Shown in pieces: positions 10,201 through 20,404 of a stretch of 64,000 nucleotides of DNA; position 1 is the first letter of the stretch, and every line of letters begins with the position of its first letter. Below the pieces are notes generated by a model. That model searched no databases, was not told where the DNA came from, and was given only the letters and a program-made list of their open reading frames with translations. Position numbers and translations under genes: made by a program. Source of the stretch: Planctomycetota bacterium (GTDB taxonomy: Bacteria > Planctomycetota > B15-G4); assembly GCA_965248575.1 (NCBI GenBank), contig CBDFJQ010000002.1, forward strand, positions 2,688,001-2,752,000, in the 5' to 3' direction.

Positions 10201-10934
10201 GGCGTCCCGGCCGGGCCGACGAAGGTGTCCGGAATATCGATGCGGACGGCGGAAGCGCTGCCGGGCCAGCTCAGGGTCGTGTCGACGCTCCAGATCTCCA
10301 GGGCGTCCGTCGGGTCGAGGTCGCCGTTCGGGTCGCTCCAGAGGCCGATCGTCACCGGAGTTCCCGGGGCGATCGTTCCGCGGCCGATCTCGATCTCGGT
10401 GATCACCTCTTGGCCGGGCTGGACGACGTGCTGGGCCAGCCAGCAGTAGTAAGGCGTGCCCCAGCCCTGATCGCCCTCGGCGATGCCGTCGTCGTGTTGG
10501 TAGACCCACTCCGCGGGGAGCTGGCACTCGTCCGGGATGCCATCAGCGTTGCAGTCCTGGGTCGTGCCCTGCCAGATCTCGAACAGGTCGTTGATCCCGT
10601 TGTCGTTGCAATCGGGCCCCGGTTCGGGTGACGGCTTGAAGGCTGGGCGTCCCGCTCCGGCAGTCACGCCGCCCAGCTGGGGGCCGAGGTCGAGGAGGCC
10701 GCCCGGGGCAGGGACGAGGGGCCCGGCAGTTGGCCCGGGAGGGAGTGCGGGCATGGACACGGACTGCGTGGGGAAGCGCGGCGACGCTCCCGTTGGGCGA
10801 CGGGCACCGGCCTGCGGGATGCGCGGCAGACTCACCGAGATCTCGTCGGTGGGCACGACCTGCGTTGGTTCCCGAACTTGCAGCGTGGGAACGATCGGGA
10901 GCGTGAATGCGACGAGTGCGATGACCAGAAACAT
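7221..10934 (-). CDS. Large secreted protein: DCNxNG Cys/Asp repeats, a duplicated N-terminal domain, two PA14 domains and a C-terminal LamG-like domain
   Basis: Hydrophobic N-terminus; repeated DCNxNGxPDxC; LWSDPNGDxDPTDA twice; DPQVDFD...FxARWTG...RLWxx.VLL.D.W twice (PA14); FTLEAWV...WHFVSVAYD...GQFDEPRFS (LamG). Confidence 0.8.
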   Translation of the reverse strand: MFLVIALVAFTLPIVPTLQVREPTQVVPTDEISVSLPRIPQAGARRPTGASPRFPTQSVSMPALPPGPTAGPLVPAPGGLLDLGPQLGGVTAGAGRPAFKPSPEPGPDCNDNGINDLFEIWQGTTQDCNADGIPDECQLPAEWVYQHDDGIAEGDQGWGTPYYCWLAQHVVQPGQEVITEIEIGRGTIAPGTPVTIGLWSDPNGDLDPTDALEIWSVDTTLSWPGSASAVRIDIPDTFVGPAGTPYFVGVLGGFTITDRPFSVDFSTASYKSWIIASDTPIVPEDLAAGALSVGQINNADWVLRAISCPTGHCGELQDTDFNGTPDACQVQDCNGNGTPDDQDIALGFSEDCQGDGIPDECQTDPGLVTYAYDDGWGGNSVGTNHDYQMWLTPHLVQPGGEVVTDVELAWGFLQAGTVVTVCLWSDPNGDGDPTDAQLILGHPVISILEGSGQFVLVNIPDTFVGAAGTSFFLGATGHFDQTPPLPTLYPAPFDETSPDLNAWFVSADAPIDLNDLSAGAAEFGRLNTVCACDGDWAIRAITCTTGHCLESVDLNLNLLPDDCEPDCNGNLIPDDLDILSGLETDCNFDGVPDSCQGLVDCDGNGLADLCQAVTPTGLAAEYYASDNLSGSPVARIDPQVDFDFTLTSPPPGIPPTGFSARWTGSILTTASGVHGFSLLHEGPVRLWVNGVLLVDEWVEAGTGVIDSENTILLGSAMEYQLRLEFRDTNGDQLQFQWQPPGGSMLPVMPAETRPIYDRNLDGIPDVCQLVSDCNGNLVEDLDDIVGGTSLDCDANLVPDECQRCDDKDGNGWLDSCETGAGPGLVGQYFMLHPLTLEFSSRTQTVVDPQVDFDWGLTSPVGVPVDRFGARWTGTLTTPPVSGNYAFEVQSDDGARLWIDEVLLIDNWTGAGTSSANVSLDASTSHLVRLDYCETGGTASVELRWTVPGNAKVTVPSSALSPGTDINGDGIPDPADSDCNLNGIPDSLDQDLDGNCVPDDCQGGTGYWRFEQAMGQTVPDSTANGLDGTFGGFSTPVYITDVPVAVIPQTGAPNLQALDHDLTSDVRVPDVGGLLSVPDNSFTLEAWVRVFFVSDNSSANDRKWLFMKKPPSSSDVLLEYGLLVQAGDLGTTGRELLFRYGDGASVNKIVSSLSVDDTEWHFVSVAYDADRLELRFGVDGVFETIPFEKPTIANVGTFIMAAHENAAGSTNQWLFGQFDEPRFSRAFLPPESLLDQTP

Positions 10935-11094
10935 GGTGTGTCCTCTTGCATCGATTCGGCGTCCCTCGGCGATCGCGCGCTTCCGACCTCAGGGGGGCTC
11001 TCGAGGACCGGATGGGCGGCGTGCGACTGGGCACCGTGGGGCCGCGGGGCGGCCTGAACCAACTGTCTGCTTGCCGATGACTATAGGCGCAGCA

Positions 11095-11140
11095 TCGATC
11101 TTGAACAGTCGCAAATAATCAATTTCGATCATATTCGCGC
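11095..11140. promoter_or_regulatory. AT-rich divergent promoter region, possible DeoR operator
   Basis: Locally AT-rich; AATCA (11117) and GATCA (11127) at a 10-bp period just upstream of the DeoR gene. Confidence 0.3.
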
Positions 11141-11177
11141 TTGCAGAGTGCGGAGTGCCCCGCGACACTCGGTGCCC

Positions 11178-11954
11178 ATGTACGAAGCCCAGCGCGACAC
11201 GGCGATCCTCCGGGTGGTGGCCGAGAACGAGTTCGTCTCGGTCCGGACGCTCACGGAGAAGCTCGAAATCTCCGAAGCGACCATCCGCAGGGACCTCGCT
11301 CGACTCTCGAACGCCGGGCGACTGCGCCGCGTCCGCGGTGGCGCCCAGCATCTCTCGCGCTCCACCCTCGAGGGCCAGCCGGGCTTCGCAAGCGACCAGG
11401 GACGCAATCTCGTGGCCAAGCGCGCCATCGCGAGGCGGGCGGCCGACCTGTGCGCGCGAGGCGACGCCGTGATCCTCGACGGCGGCACCACCGTCCACGC
11501 GATGACCGAGTTCCTCAACGACCTCGATCTGCGCGTGCTCACGCCGTCACTCCCCGCGGCCCACGTGCTGGCGGAGCATTCGGACGCGACGATCACCCTC
11601 ACCGGCGGCGAGGTGTTCCGGGACCAGCAGATCGTGGCGAGCCCGTTCCCACAGCCGATCGTCGAGGGATTCTCCGCCCGGCGGATGTTCATGAGCGCCC
11701 AGGCGATCGGGCCCAGCGGCCTGATGCAGACCGACTCGCTGCTGATCGGAAACGAGCTCGCGCTCCTCTCGCGCGCCGAGGAGCTCGTGGCGCTCGTGGA
11801 CAGCTCCAAGTTCGCTCAGCGGGGAAGCCTCGTGGCCTGCCCCCTCGACCGCATCGACGTCTTGATCACGGACTCAGGGGTCTCGTCCGAACACCGCGAG
11901 ATGCTGGAGTCGGCCGGCGTGCGCGTGCTCGTGGTCGATGCCCGGCCGGCATGA
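11178..11954 (+). CDS. DeoR/GlpR family transcriptional regulator (rhamnose locus)
   Basis: SEATIRRDL..L...G.LRRVRGGA HTH; KRAIA, ILDGGTT, LVDSSKF, LITDSG. Confidence 0.92.
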   Translation: MYEAQRDTAILRVVAENEFVSVRTLTEKLEISEATIRRDLARLSNAGRLRRVRGGAQHLSRSTLEGQPGFASDQGRNLVAKRAIARRAADLCARGDAVILDGGTTVHAMTEFLNDLDLRVLTPSLPAAHVLAEHSDATITLTGGEVFRDQQIVASPFPQPIVEGFSARRMFMSAQAIGPSGLMQTDSLLIGNELALLSRAEELVALVDSSKFAQRGSLVACPLDRIDVLITDSGVSSEHREMLESAGVRVLVVDARPA

Positions 11955-12077
11955 CGGGGTAGCCTTCGTGGAGCCGGTCTCGATTGTCGCCCCCTCGCAT
12001 CAGCGGCCCCGAGTCGACACGCCTTCGAGCGTGTGGCACTTTGACGGCTCCCCCGCACGCCCCTACGATCACCGCCC

Positions 12078-14134
12078 ATGAGCGACCTCAACTGGGACGA
12101 CCGAGCAGCCGGTGATGATGAGCCGGACCGCCTCGTGTACCGCTCGCGACTGCTCGGGGCCGATCCACGGGTCACCAACTACGGCGGTGGCAACACCTCG
12201 GCCAAGGTCCGTACGAACGACCCGCTGACAGGTGCCCCGACGACGGTGCTGTGGGTCAAGGGCTCGGGCGGAGACCTCGGGTCGATCGACAGGTCGGGGT
12301 TCGCGACGGTCTACCAGGACCGCGTGATGGGCCTGGAGCAGCACTACCGCGGACTGGAGCACGAGGACGAGATGGTGGGCCTGCTGCCCCACTGCGTCTT
12401 CGACATGAACCCGCGCGCGCCCAGCATCGACACGCCGCTGCACGCGTTCGTGCCGTTCGACCACGTCGACCACGTGCACCCCGACGCCGTCATCGCGCTC
12501 GCGGCCGCACGGAACGGGGAGCGTCTGACGGCCGAGATCTACGGCGGCGAGGTCGGCTGGGTGCCGTGGCAGCGCCCCGGGTTCGACCTGGGGCTCCGGT
12601 TGCGCGAGACCATCGACGCCCGGCCGGGCCTGCGCGGCATCGTCATGGGCGGGCACGGGCTCATCTCCTGGGCCGATGACGCGAAGAGCTGCTACGAGAA
12701 CACGCTCGAGCTGATCGGCCGCGCTGAGGCGTGGATCGCACGGCACAGCGACGAAGCACCCTTCGGGGGATCCGTCAGGCCGGCGCTCGGAGAGGACGAC
12801 CGACGCGCCCTCGCCGCGCGCGTCATGCCGCTGCTGCGCGGACGCGTGTCGGACGACGGCCACCGCGTCGGCCACTTCGACGACCATGCAGACGTGCTGC
12901 AGTTCACGACGTCGGCGCACTTCGAGCAGCTGGCGCGCCTCGGCACCTCGTGCCCCGATCACTTCCTGCGCACGAAGATCCGCCCGCTCGTTCTCCCGTC
13001 CGAGCTCGATGCCATCGAGGCGGACCTCGACGAACTTCTCGCGGCCTACCGCGAGGACTACCAGGCCTACTACGAGCGCTGGGCGGAGGCCGACTCACCG
13101 CCGATCCGCGGGCGCGACCCGGTCGTGTTCCTGATCCCGGGCGCCGGCATGATCACGTTCGCGGCGGACAAGGCCACCGCGCGCATCGCGGCCGAGTTCT
13201 ACCTGAACGCGATACGCGTCATGCGCGGAGCTACGGCACTCGACGAGTACGTCCCGCTGCACGAGCGCGAGGCGTTCCGGATCGAGTACTGGGCGCTCGA
13301 GCAGGCCAAGCTCGACCGGCGTCCGCCGCCAGCCCCGATGCAGGGGCGCGTGGCGGTCGTGACCGGGGGCGGCGGGGGCATCGGTCACGCCGTAGCTCGA
13401 CGACTGCTATCGGACGGCTGCTGCGTGCTGGTCGAGGACGTCGACGAGGAGGCCCTGGACGGGACCGTGACCGACCTGCGGGAGCGCTTCGGCCCGGACG
13501 TCGTCCGCAGCGCACGCGCCGATGTGACCTCCGAAGCGGACGTCGAGGCGGCCTACGAGACCGTGGCGCGCGCGTTCGGTGGCGTCGACATCGTCGTCTC
13601 ATGCGCCGGTCTCGCCTCCGCCGCCCCATCACAGAGACGTCGATCGAGCTCTGGACCCGCAACCAGGACGTTCTCAGCACGGGCTACTTCCTCGTCGCGC
13701 GCGGAGCGATGACGCTGCTGCAACGCCAGGGCATCGGAGGCTCGATCGTGTTCATCGGCAGCAAGAACGGCGTGGCCGCGTCGCCCGGAGCGAGCGCCTA
13801 CTGCACCGCCAAGGCCGCCGAGTTGCACCTGGCGCGCTGCCTGGCGCTGGAGGGTGCCGAGCACGGCATCCGCGTCAACTCGGTGAACCCGGACGCGGTG
13901 CTCGCGGAGTCGCAGATCTGGACGGGCACGTGGCGCGAAGAGCGCGCGGCCGCCTACGGCATCCGGCCCGACGAGCTCGAGGAACACTACCGCAAGCGCA
14001 GCCTGTTGAAGCTCAGCGTCGAACCGGAGCACGTCGCCGAGGCCGTGCACTACTTCGCGTCCGACCGCTCGTCCCGCTCCACCGGCAACATGCTGAACGT
14101 CGACGGCGGGAACGCCGCGGCCTTCCCACGATGA
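12078..14134 (+). pseudogene. rhaD: Bifunctional rhamnulose-1-phosphate aldolase / short-chain dehydrogenase, with a 1-nt frameshift near 13625 (mutation or sequencing error)
   Basis: GGGNTSAK, KGSGGDL, PSIDTPLH, GTSCPDHFLRTK, IEYWALEQAKL, VTGGGGGIG in one frame; YCTAK, IRVNSVNPD, NVDGG in another. One extra C at 13624-13627 joins them. Confidence 0.85.
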
Positions 14135-15420
14135 GCCGGATCGGACCGGACGTCGTCGCCCGCGAGAACGCGGCCCGGCAGGCCGACCTGGATGCCGACA
14201 TCGATCATCTCGCGCTCGTGCTGGGACGGCGCGGGCTCGAGCTGGACGACGTCGCCGGGCACGTGGCGCGCTTCGCCGTGGCGGTCCCCTCGTGGGGCGT
14301 GGGCACCGGCGGCACCCGCTTCGCCCGCTTCCCCGGCCCCGGAGAGCCGCGCGACGTCTTCGAGAAGCTGCAGGACTGCAGCGTGATCCAGCAGCTGGTG
14401 CGCTGCACCCCCACCGTCTCGCCGCACTTCCCCTGGGACCGCGTCGACGACACCGCCGCGCTGCGCGAAGCCGCCACGTCCCACGGCCTGTCCTTCGACG
14501 CCGTGAACTCGAACACGTTCCAGGACCTGCCCGGCCAGGAGCTCTCGTATCGCTACGGCAGCCTCTGCCACACGGACCCCGAGGTCCGCGCGCAGGCCGT
14601 GGCCCACAACGTCGAGTGCATCAAGATCGGCGAGCGCCTCGGCAGCAAGGCGCTCACGGTCTGGATCGCCGACGGCAGCAACTTCCCGGGCCAGCAGAAC
14701 CTGGCCGCAGCCTTCGATCGCTACCTGGAGAGCATGCAGGCCATCTACGCCCAGCTGCCCGACGACTGGCAGGTCTTCATCGAGCACAAGCTCTACGAGC
14801 CGGCGCTGTACTCGACCGTCCTCGCCGATTGGGGCAGCAGCTACCTCGCCGCCACGCAGCTGGGCGAGAAGGCGCGCTGCCTTGTGGACCTCGGCCACCA
14901 CGCGCACGGCACGAACATCGAGATGATCGTCGCGCGACTGATCCGCTTCGGGAAGCTGGCTGGCTTCCACTTCAACGACAGCAAGTACGGGGACGACGAC
15001 CTCGACTCGGGCTCCATCGCGCCCTTCCAACTCTTCCTGATCTTCCACGAGCTGGTCGAGGCCGAGCTGCGCGGCGCCCCCGGCTTCGCCCCGGCCTACC
15101 TCATGGACCAGTCGCACAACGTCACCGACCCGATCGAGAGCCTGATGACGAGCGCGATCTCGCTGCAGCGCGCGTATGCGCAGGCCCTGCTCGTGGACCG
15201 GGATCGCCTTCGCGACGCGCAGGAGAGGAACGACGCCCTCGGCGCAGCGGAGGTCCTGCGCGCGGCGTTCCGGCTCGACGTGGACCCCATGCTGGCGTAC
15301 GTACGCGCGCGCGCCGGCGGCGCGATTGATCCCGTGGCCACTTATCGGCGGGCTGGATACCGCGAGCAGATGGCGCACGAACGCCCGGCCACCTCCGGCA
15401 CGTCGACCGGCATCGTCTGA
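14131..15420 (+). CDS. rhaI: L-rhamnose catabolism isomerase
   Basis: PSWGVGTGGTRFARFP, HFPWD, NSNTFQD, EHKLYEP, DLGHH, FHFNDSKYGDDDL, DQSHN; ATGA overlap with the upstream gene. Confidence 0.92.
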   Translation: MSRIGPDVVARENAARQADLDADIDHLALVLGRRGLELDDVAGHVARFAVAVPSWGVGTGGTRFARFPGPGEPRDVFEKLQDCSVIQQLVRCTPTVSPHFPWDRVDDTAALREAATSHGLSFDAVNSNTFQDLPGQELSYRYGSLCHTDPEVRAQAVAHNVECIKIGERLGSKALTVWIADGSNFPGQQNLAAAFDRYLESMQAIYAQLPDDWQVFIEHKLYEPALYSTVLADWGSSYLAATQLGEKARCLVDLGHHAHGTNIEMIVARLIRFGKLAGFHFNDSKYGDDDLDSGSIAPFQLFLIFHELVEAELRGAPGFAPAYLMDQSHNVTDPIESLMTSAISLQRAYAQALLVDRDRLRDAQERNDALGAAEVLRAAFRLDVDPMLAYVRARAGGAIDPVATYRRAGYREQMAHERPATSGTSTGIV

Positions 15421-15508
15421 CAGGGCAGATCACCTTGATACGCAAGACCTTCGTGATGCCGACGAACCCCGACGGCAGCCCGAAGTCCCGCGAGCTGCGC
15501 GAGGTGTT

Positions 15509-16873
15509 CTACCTGGCCTGAGCGCGCCAGAGGGCGCGGTGGTCGTGCAGTCCGCGCATCGGTGCGTGCGCCGCTCGCCGGAGGTCCAGCGCAGGGCTTC
15601 GCTGTCCCCAGCGGGCCAGGAGTGCCGCGCCGCGCGTCGTGCCGGTGGGGTCGTGTGAGGCGAACACGCGGTCGTCGGGGCGCAGCGCGGCCAGGGTGGC
15701 CATCACCGAGTGGTTGCCGGCCACCGGCCCCTCGACGATGACGTCGCCGGTGGCGTCCAGGTCGTCGAGGCACAGGTCGATCATCAAGGCGGTGTAGATC
15801 GACGCGAGCGCGGCGCGACGCAAGGGGTCCTGCGGCCGATCGGGCAGCAACCGGCCTATCCGACCGGCGAACGGCCCGCCCTCCTCGGCGAAGGCGGGCA
15901 GCGCCATGCGCCCTTCGGCGAGCACGCGCTGCACGTCGTGCAGGCGTGGCTCGGCGGTCAGCCCATCCTCACCCGCGATCGCCGCGTACTCGCGGCCGCC
16001 GGCGAAGCGCATTCCCGGCACCGGATCACCGAACACGTCGACGTTCGCGAGCATGTCGCGCTCCTCGACGAGCCGCGACGGGTCCACGCCGTGCGCCATG
16101 ACGACGACCCAGGTGCCGGTGGCGACGACGGCGAACGGACCGTCGTGCGAAAGCCGGTGCTGCAGGAACGACGCATTGCTGTCGTGCACGCCCGCGTGCA
16201 CGCGACAGCTCGCCGGCAACCCGGTCCGCGCCACGACCTCCTCCGACACGGACCCCACGCACTCCCAGGCCGGGACCAGCGTTGGCAGCAGCTCGTCCCA
16301 TCCCCGCTCGCGTGCATACGACGAGGGTGCGCGGGCCTGCGGCGCCCAGAGGTGCGTGTGGCACCCGAGGGACGTGAACTCCGCCACGGGCCGCCCGCCA
16401 AGACGCAGCGCCCAGTACTGCGGATACGGCAGCAGGTGCTCCGCGAGCGCGAACTCGTCCGGCCAGCTCGCCTGCAGCCACGCGAGCTGATTGCCGAGGT
16501 TGAGGCCGGCGGGGAGCGACGGCGAGAGCGTCTCGCGCCAGGCCTCCGCGTCCCGCGGCACCGCCGGGACATCGTGCTCGTAGTCCAGCACGGGGAGGAC
16601 GAGCGCCCCATCCCCACCCATCAGCGCCGCGGTCGCGCCGTGCGTGACCGGCACGATGGCGTCGACTGTTGTGTCGTTCGACCCGACGAGGTCGGCCAGC
16701 GCCTCGCAAACCCATGCGAACAAACCCTCGACGTCCACGTGCGGATACGGCGGCCCGGGGGCGACGGCGTTCGGGCGCCTCCGCTGATCCCGTGTTTCGC
16801 CGTCCTGGTCCACCAGACAGACACGGACGTGGGTCTTGCCCACATCCAGGACCGCCGTGACCGACAAGCTCAT
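15509..16873 (-). CDS. FGGY-family carbohydrate kinase (probable rhamnulokinase)
   Basis: VLDVGKT, PVTHGA, TSLGCHTHLW, GVHDSNAS, TGTW; next to rhaI. Confidence 0.85.
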   Translation of the reverse strand: MSLSVTAVLDVGKTHVRVCLVDQDGETRDQRRRPNAVAPGPPYPHVDVEGLFAWVCEALADLVGSNDTTVDAIVPVTHGATAALMGGDGALVLPVLDYEHDVPAVPRDAEAWRETLSPSLPAGLNLGNQLAWLQASWPDEFALAEHLLPYPQYWALRLGGRPVAEFTSLGCHTHLWAPQARAPSSYARERGWDELLPTLVPAWECVGSVSEEVVARTGLPASCRVHAGVHDSNASFLQHRLSHDGPFAVVATGTWVVVMAHGVDPSRLVEERDMLANVDVFGDPVPGMRFAGGREYAAIAGEDGLTAEPRLHDVQRVLAEGRMALPAFAEEGGPFAGRIGRLLPDRPQDPLRRAALASIYTALMIDLCLDDLDATGDVIVEGPVAGNHSVMATLAALRPDDRVFASHDPTGTTRGAALLARWGQRSPALDLRRAAHAPMRGLHDHRALWRAQAR

Positions 16874-16976
16874 GCGCTCCTTGTGTCTGGTGCACCGCAC
16901 AGGAACGGGTACGGCACGCCGGCGCCGTTCTCGTGCGTGTCGATGACGAGCGGAGAGGTGCTTGCGTTGGCATTCA

Positions 16977-17411
16977 TCATCGTGCCCGTGAAGATAGCGA
17001 TTCGAAGCCCCCGGTGTCGCGGCGACAAGCCCCGGCACCCGACGAACCGGTGCCGATGGAACCGAGCTGCGCGAGCCGCCGGCGCGCCGCGTCATCGAGG
17101 TACAGGCTGGGGCTGGTCATCGCGGCATAGACATGTACGTCGTGATCGGTGTCCGCTGCGCACTCTTCGAGCAAGTCCTGAAACTGGCCCCACTCTTCCT
17201 CGGTGGAGATGGGATAGATCACCAGGTTCTGCCAGGTTTCCTTCAGAGCCGTCAGCGTGTCGGGGATGTGGTCGTCCCAAAAGTCGTTCCCGTCCTTGAC
17301 GAATTGCCCCCAGGATCCGATGCGCTTGTTCCAGCGGATGGGCGCTGGCACATCCCGAATTGATGGACTGAACGCCGGCGTCTTGCCGCCGGAGTGCTCG
17401 TTGGCTGACAT
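16977..17411 (-). CDS. Hypothetical protein or gene remnant
   Basis: Protein-like central segment (IGSWGQF...HVYAAMTSPS) followed by a non-protein-like tail; close to an att-like repeat. Confidence 0.35.
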   Translation of the reverse strand: MSANEHSGGKTPAFSPSIRDVPAPIRWNKRIGSWGQFVKDGNDFWDDHIPDTLTALKETWQNLVIYPISTEEEWGQFQDLLEECAADTDHDVHVYAAMTSPSLYLDDAARRRLAQLGSIGTGSSGAGACRRDTGGFESLSSRAR

Positions 17412-17648
17412 GCTCTCCCCCGCTGCCCTAGGAGGGCTCTCTCGTTCGATCCAACGAGAGAATCGAACGCCGTCACACTCGATCGACGAGACTCCCAAGT
17501 CGGAACAGCGTGAGGCGTGACGGACGCGTTCGAGAGCATACGCTCAAAACCGCGGGCAAGGCTGGCCGACTCAGGGGCGGCAGGGCGCACCCGCTCCCTT
17601 GCGGCCAACGCTCGGCCCAATCGAGCCTGGGTGTTTCGAGTTGGACGC

Positions 17649-17690
17649 GTTGTCGCCGGTTCGAATCCGGTCACCCGCTCCAGTGCGCTG
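17649..17690 (+). repeat. att-like repeat 1: 3' end of tRNA-Gly (T-arm to CCA plus 8 nt)
   Basis: 42 bp identical to 34227-34268 (GTTGTCGCCGGTTCGAATCCGGTCACCCGCTCCAGTGCGCTG). Confidence 0.92.
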
Positions 17691-17759
17691 AGAGCATCGC
17701 TTCGCAAGTCGCGCACGCTGCCCCCCCAAACCCGCGACGCCACTGTTCGCACTCCACCC

Positions 17760-18886
17760 AACTCTCGATGCGATACCGGAACTGCGCGGTCGCGTCATTG
17801 GCCATGAGCACCATCTCGGGCCGACCGTTTCCGTTGAGATCGGCGATCGCGAGCCCGGCGCCCTCGGCGCGCTTGCCCACCCCCGTGACCTGCTTCCAGT
17901 CGCTCCAGTTGCTCGTCAGACCTTCCGCGTCGATATCCAGCCCGACCCTGTAGCGGAAGGTGTTCTGCCCATTGGGGTCGTCGCAGGCCATCAGCACGAG
18001 ATCGAGTGAGCCGTTCTGGTTGAGGTCGGCCAGATCGACTCCGACCCCATCGCCCCTGTTCCCAACCCCTGGCACCCTGTGCCATTTGGACCAACCGTTG
18101 GGTTGACCGTTGGAGTTCAGATCCCAAACCACCCGGTAGCGGAATTCATTGGCCCCGTCAGGCACGTCATAGGCCAAGACGACGAGGTCCTCCTTGTCAT
18201 TGGCGTTGACAGCACCCGCGGCCATCCCGGCCCCTCAACGTAGATCCCAGTCCCAGACACGAACACCGGATTACCGGAGGCCACGCCGAAGTAACCGGTG
18301 ACCGTGGCGTGGGCCACCACCCCCACGGCGTTCGCAGCAGTGATGCTCCAGGTCGTTGTGGATGAGATGAAGGTGCCGCTACCCCCTGCAGTTGCCTGCG
18401 ACGACAGGTCATACGAGCGCACGAACTCCAACGGAGGTTCCTGCGCCGAGCGCGTGTCGTATCCCGGGTACGTGTAGGTTTGCGTCGTGACACTGCCAGC
18501 TCCTGTTGTGATCGTCCGCTTGCCATCAGGCGAGATCGTGAGGCGTCGAGTCGCCTGGGGGGGGAAGGAACCGACGGTCAGTTCGATGGGAGAGCAGTGA
18601 TCGACCGTAAAGGAAACCTCGTCGCCATCGGAGAAGGTGTACGTGCGGCCTCCGTTCCTGATCACGAGCGTGAGATGCGGGATTCGTGCATCGTCCTCGG
18701 CTGGGTTGCCCAGCTCCGCCCCGAATCCTCCGGCCTCCTCCTGGCGTCTACTTTGGCCGTGGTCTTCTTCGCCTGCGGGGAGACCTTGATCTTCGGTTTC
18801 GCCTTGCAGCCAGGCATGAGCAGCAGAAGCAGAGAGAGGAAGACGAGCCCGAGTTGGCTTCGGCTGAGACTGGTGGGTGTGCGCAT
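17760..18886 (-). pseudogene. Decayed lipoprotein gene with FG-GAP-like repeats (two frameshifts, truncated)
   Basis: Signal/lipobox LLLLMPGC in ORF 18662-18886, body in ORF 18117-19031, and DLNxNG..DLVLMA.D....FRYR repeats in ORF 17671-18225 that break off about 70 bp from att repeat 1. Confidence 0.6.
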
Positions 18887-19180
18887 GAATCAAGAATCCT
18901 GAGGTCTTCGTGGAGGGTTGGAAGAGGTGCCGTCCATCCAGCGCCCCTCTCCCGTCGAAGGCGGTGTCGGAGCTCTCTCCAGCTCTTTCGCAGCCTGTCC
19001 GTTGCGGCCCGGCCCGGACGCGTGTCAGCATACTTGGCAGTCACTTGACGGTCAGCTGCAGGCTTGCCCGTTTCCCGAGCGGGCCGGACGCCACAAGGGG
19101 AGCCGGGGGGCACAAGAATGCAACACGGGAAGAGCATGCAGGGACACACCGCGAGTCCGTTCACGTCGAGCGTGCAGCTC

Positions 19181-20281
19181 ATGGCTGTGCTCACCATCGC
19201 GCTCCTTCCGGGCTGCGGGTTCAACATCGGCTTCGAGAACGATGTCGGTGGCTTCGGCGGTGGCTCGGACCGCAACTACACCAACGGTTTTCGCCTGCAG
19301 CAGAACTACGTGGTTCCCGAGACGGGGCGAGCTCGGCTCATGGGCAGCGAGGACGCCGCGCAGGACGGGGAGGCGGCCGGCTCAACGGACGACGCGTCCA
19401 CAGAGGGCTGGCGCAAGGGCACCGCTGCAGGTGCAGACCCCTGGCTCGACCTGATCCGGCTCGAGGAGAGCGACAACCACACGATCACGGATCCCATCGT
19501 GGGCCTGGCCCTCGGACAGGCCATGTACACGCCCAACAAGCTCGACGTCGGCAAGGATGGCAAGCGCGATGGGATCATTGGCAACGACAGGCCGTACGCC
19601 GGTTGGCTCTACGTGGCCGTCGTCCGCTACCTGTCGCGCCTGGACGACGACGAGGAGCGGCGCCGGGACACCCAGCTCTCCGCAGAGTTCGACCTGGGCG
19701 TCACGGGCAAACCGTCCCTCGCGAAGCAGACCCAGAAGTTGGTGCACAAGCAGATCGACTCCACCGACCCCCAAGGATGGCACAACCAGCTCGACTTCGA
19801 GCCCGGCGTCATCCTGCGCATGGCCCGTCGTGACCGCTGGTACTTCACGGGCGACCCCGACCACTACGGGGCCGACGTCATCACGCATCTCGGCGGAGCC
19901 GTCGGCAACATCAGCACCATGGGAGAGGTCGCGGCCCTCGTGCGCTGGGGCAAGCATATGCCGCGCGACTGGGGGCCTTCGCCTGTGGAAACGGGCATCC
20001 TCGGCACAGCAGGAACGGACGAGCTCTCCTGGTATGTGTTCGGCGGCGCCGCGGGGCGTTTCGTCGTGCGCGACATCTTCCTCGACGGCAACTCGTTCAG
20101 CAGAGACGGGCACAGCGTGCCCAAGGAGCATGTCGTGGGCGAGTCCCGCGCGGGAGTGGCCCTTGCGTACCAGCGGATGACTGTCGTGTTCACGCGCATC
20201 AAGCGGTCCCGCGAGTTCACCCGGCAGGACGGCCCACATTCCTTCGGCTCGTTGATCCTCAGCTTTGGCTCGCGATTCTGA
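19181..20281 (+). CDS. Lipid A deacylase LpxR / DUF2219-family outer-membrane protein
   Basis: END...DRNYTNG, GQAMYTP, DRPYAGWLY, PQGWHNQL, DIFLDGN, terminal Phe; start could be 19118-19181. Confidence 0.82.
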   Translation: MAVLTIALLPGCGFNIGFENDVGGFGGGSDRNYTNGFRLQQNYVVPETGRARLMGSEDAAQDGEAAGSTDDASTEGWRKGTAAGADPWLDLIRLEESDNHTITDPIVGLALGQAMYTPNKLDVGKDGKRDGIIGNDRPYAGWLYVAVVRYLSRLDDDEERRRDTQLSAEFDLGVTGKPSLAKQTQKLVHKQIDSTDPQGWHNQLDFEPGVILRMARRDRWYFTGDPDHYGADVITHLGGAVGNISTMGEVAALVRWGKHMPRDWGPSPVETGILGTAGTDELSWYVFGGAAGRFVVRDIFLDGNSFSRDGHSVPKEHVVGESRAGVALAYQRMTVVFTRIKRSREFTRQDGPHSFGSLILSFGSRF

Positions 20282-20404
20282 GGTGCTGTGGGGTGCCCGC
20301 CAGCCCATCCAGTCAGAAGGCGGGCGGTTGGAGTGGCCTCAACGCCACCCTCGTTGCGATACCCTCGCCGCCACTCCGCCCTGCCTCCTCCCGCCGAGCT
20401 GACC

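Noticed and set aside
13579..14130. N-terminal extension of the isomerase ORF
   Set aside because: Overlaps the dehydrogenase half of rhaD in another frame; ATG 14131 is translationally coupled.
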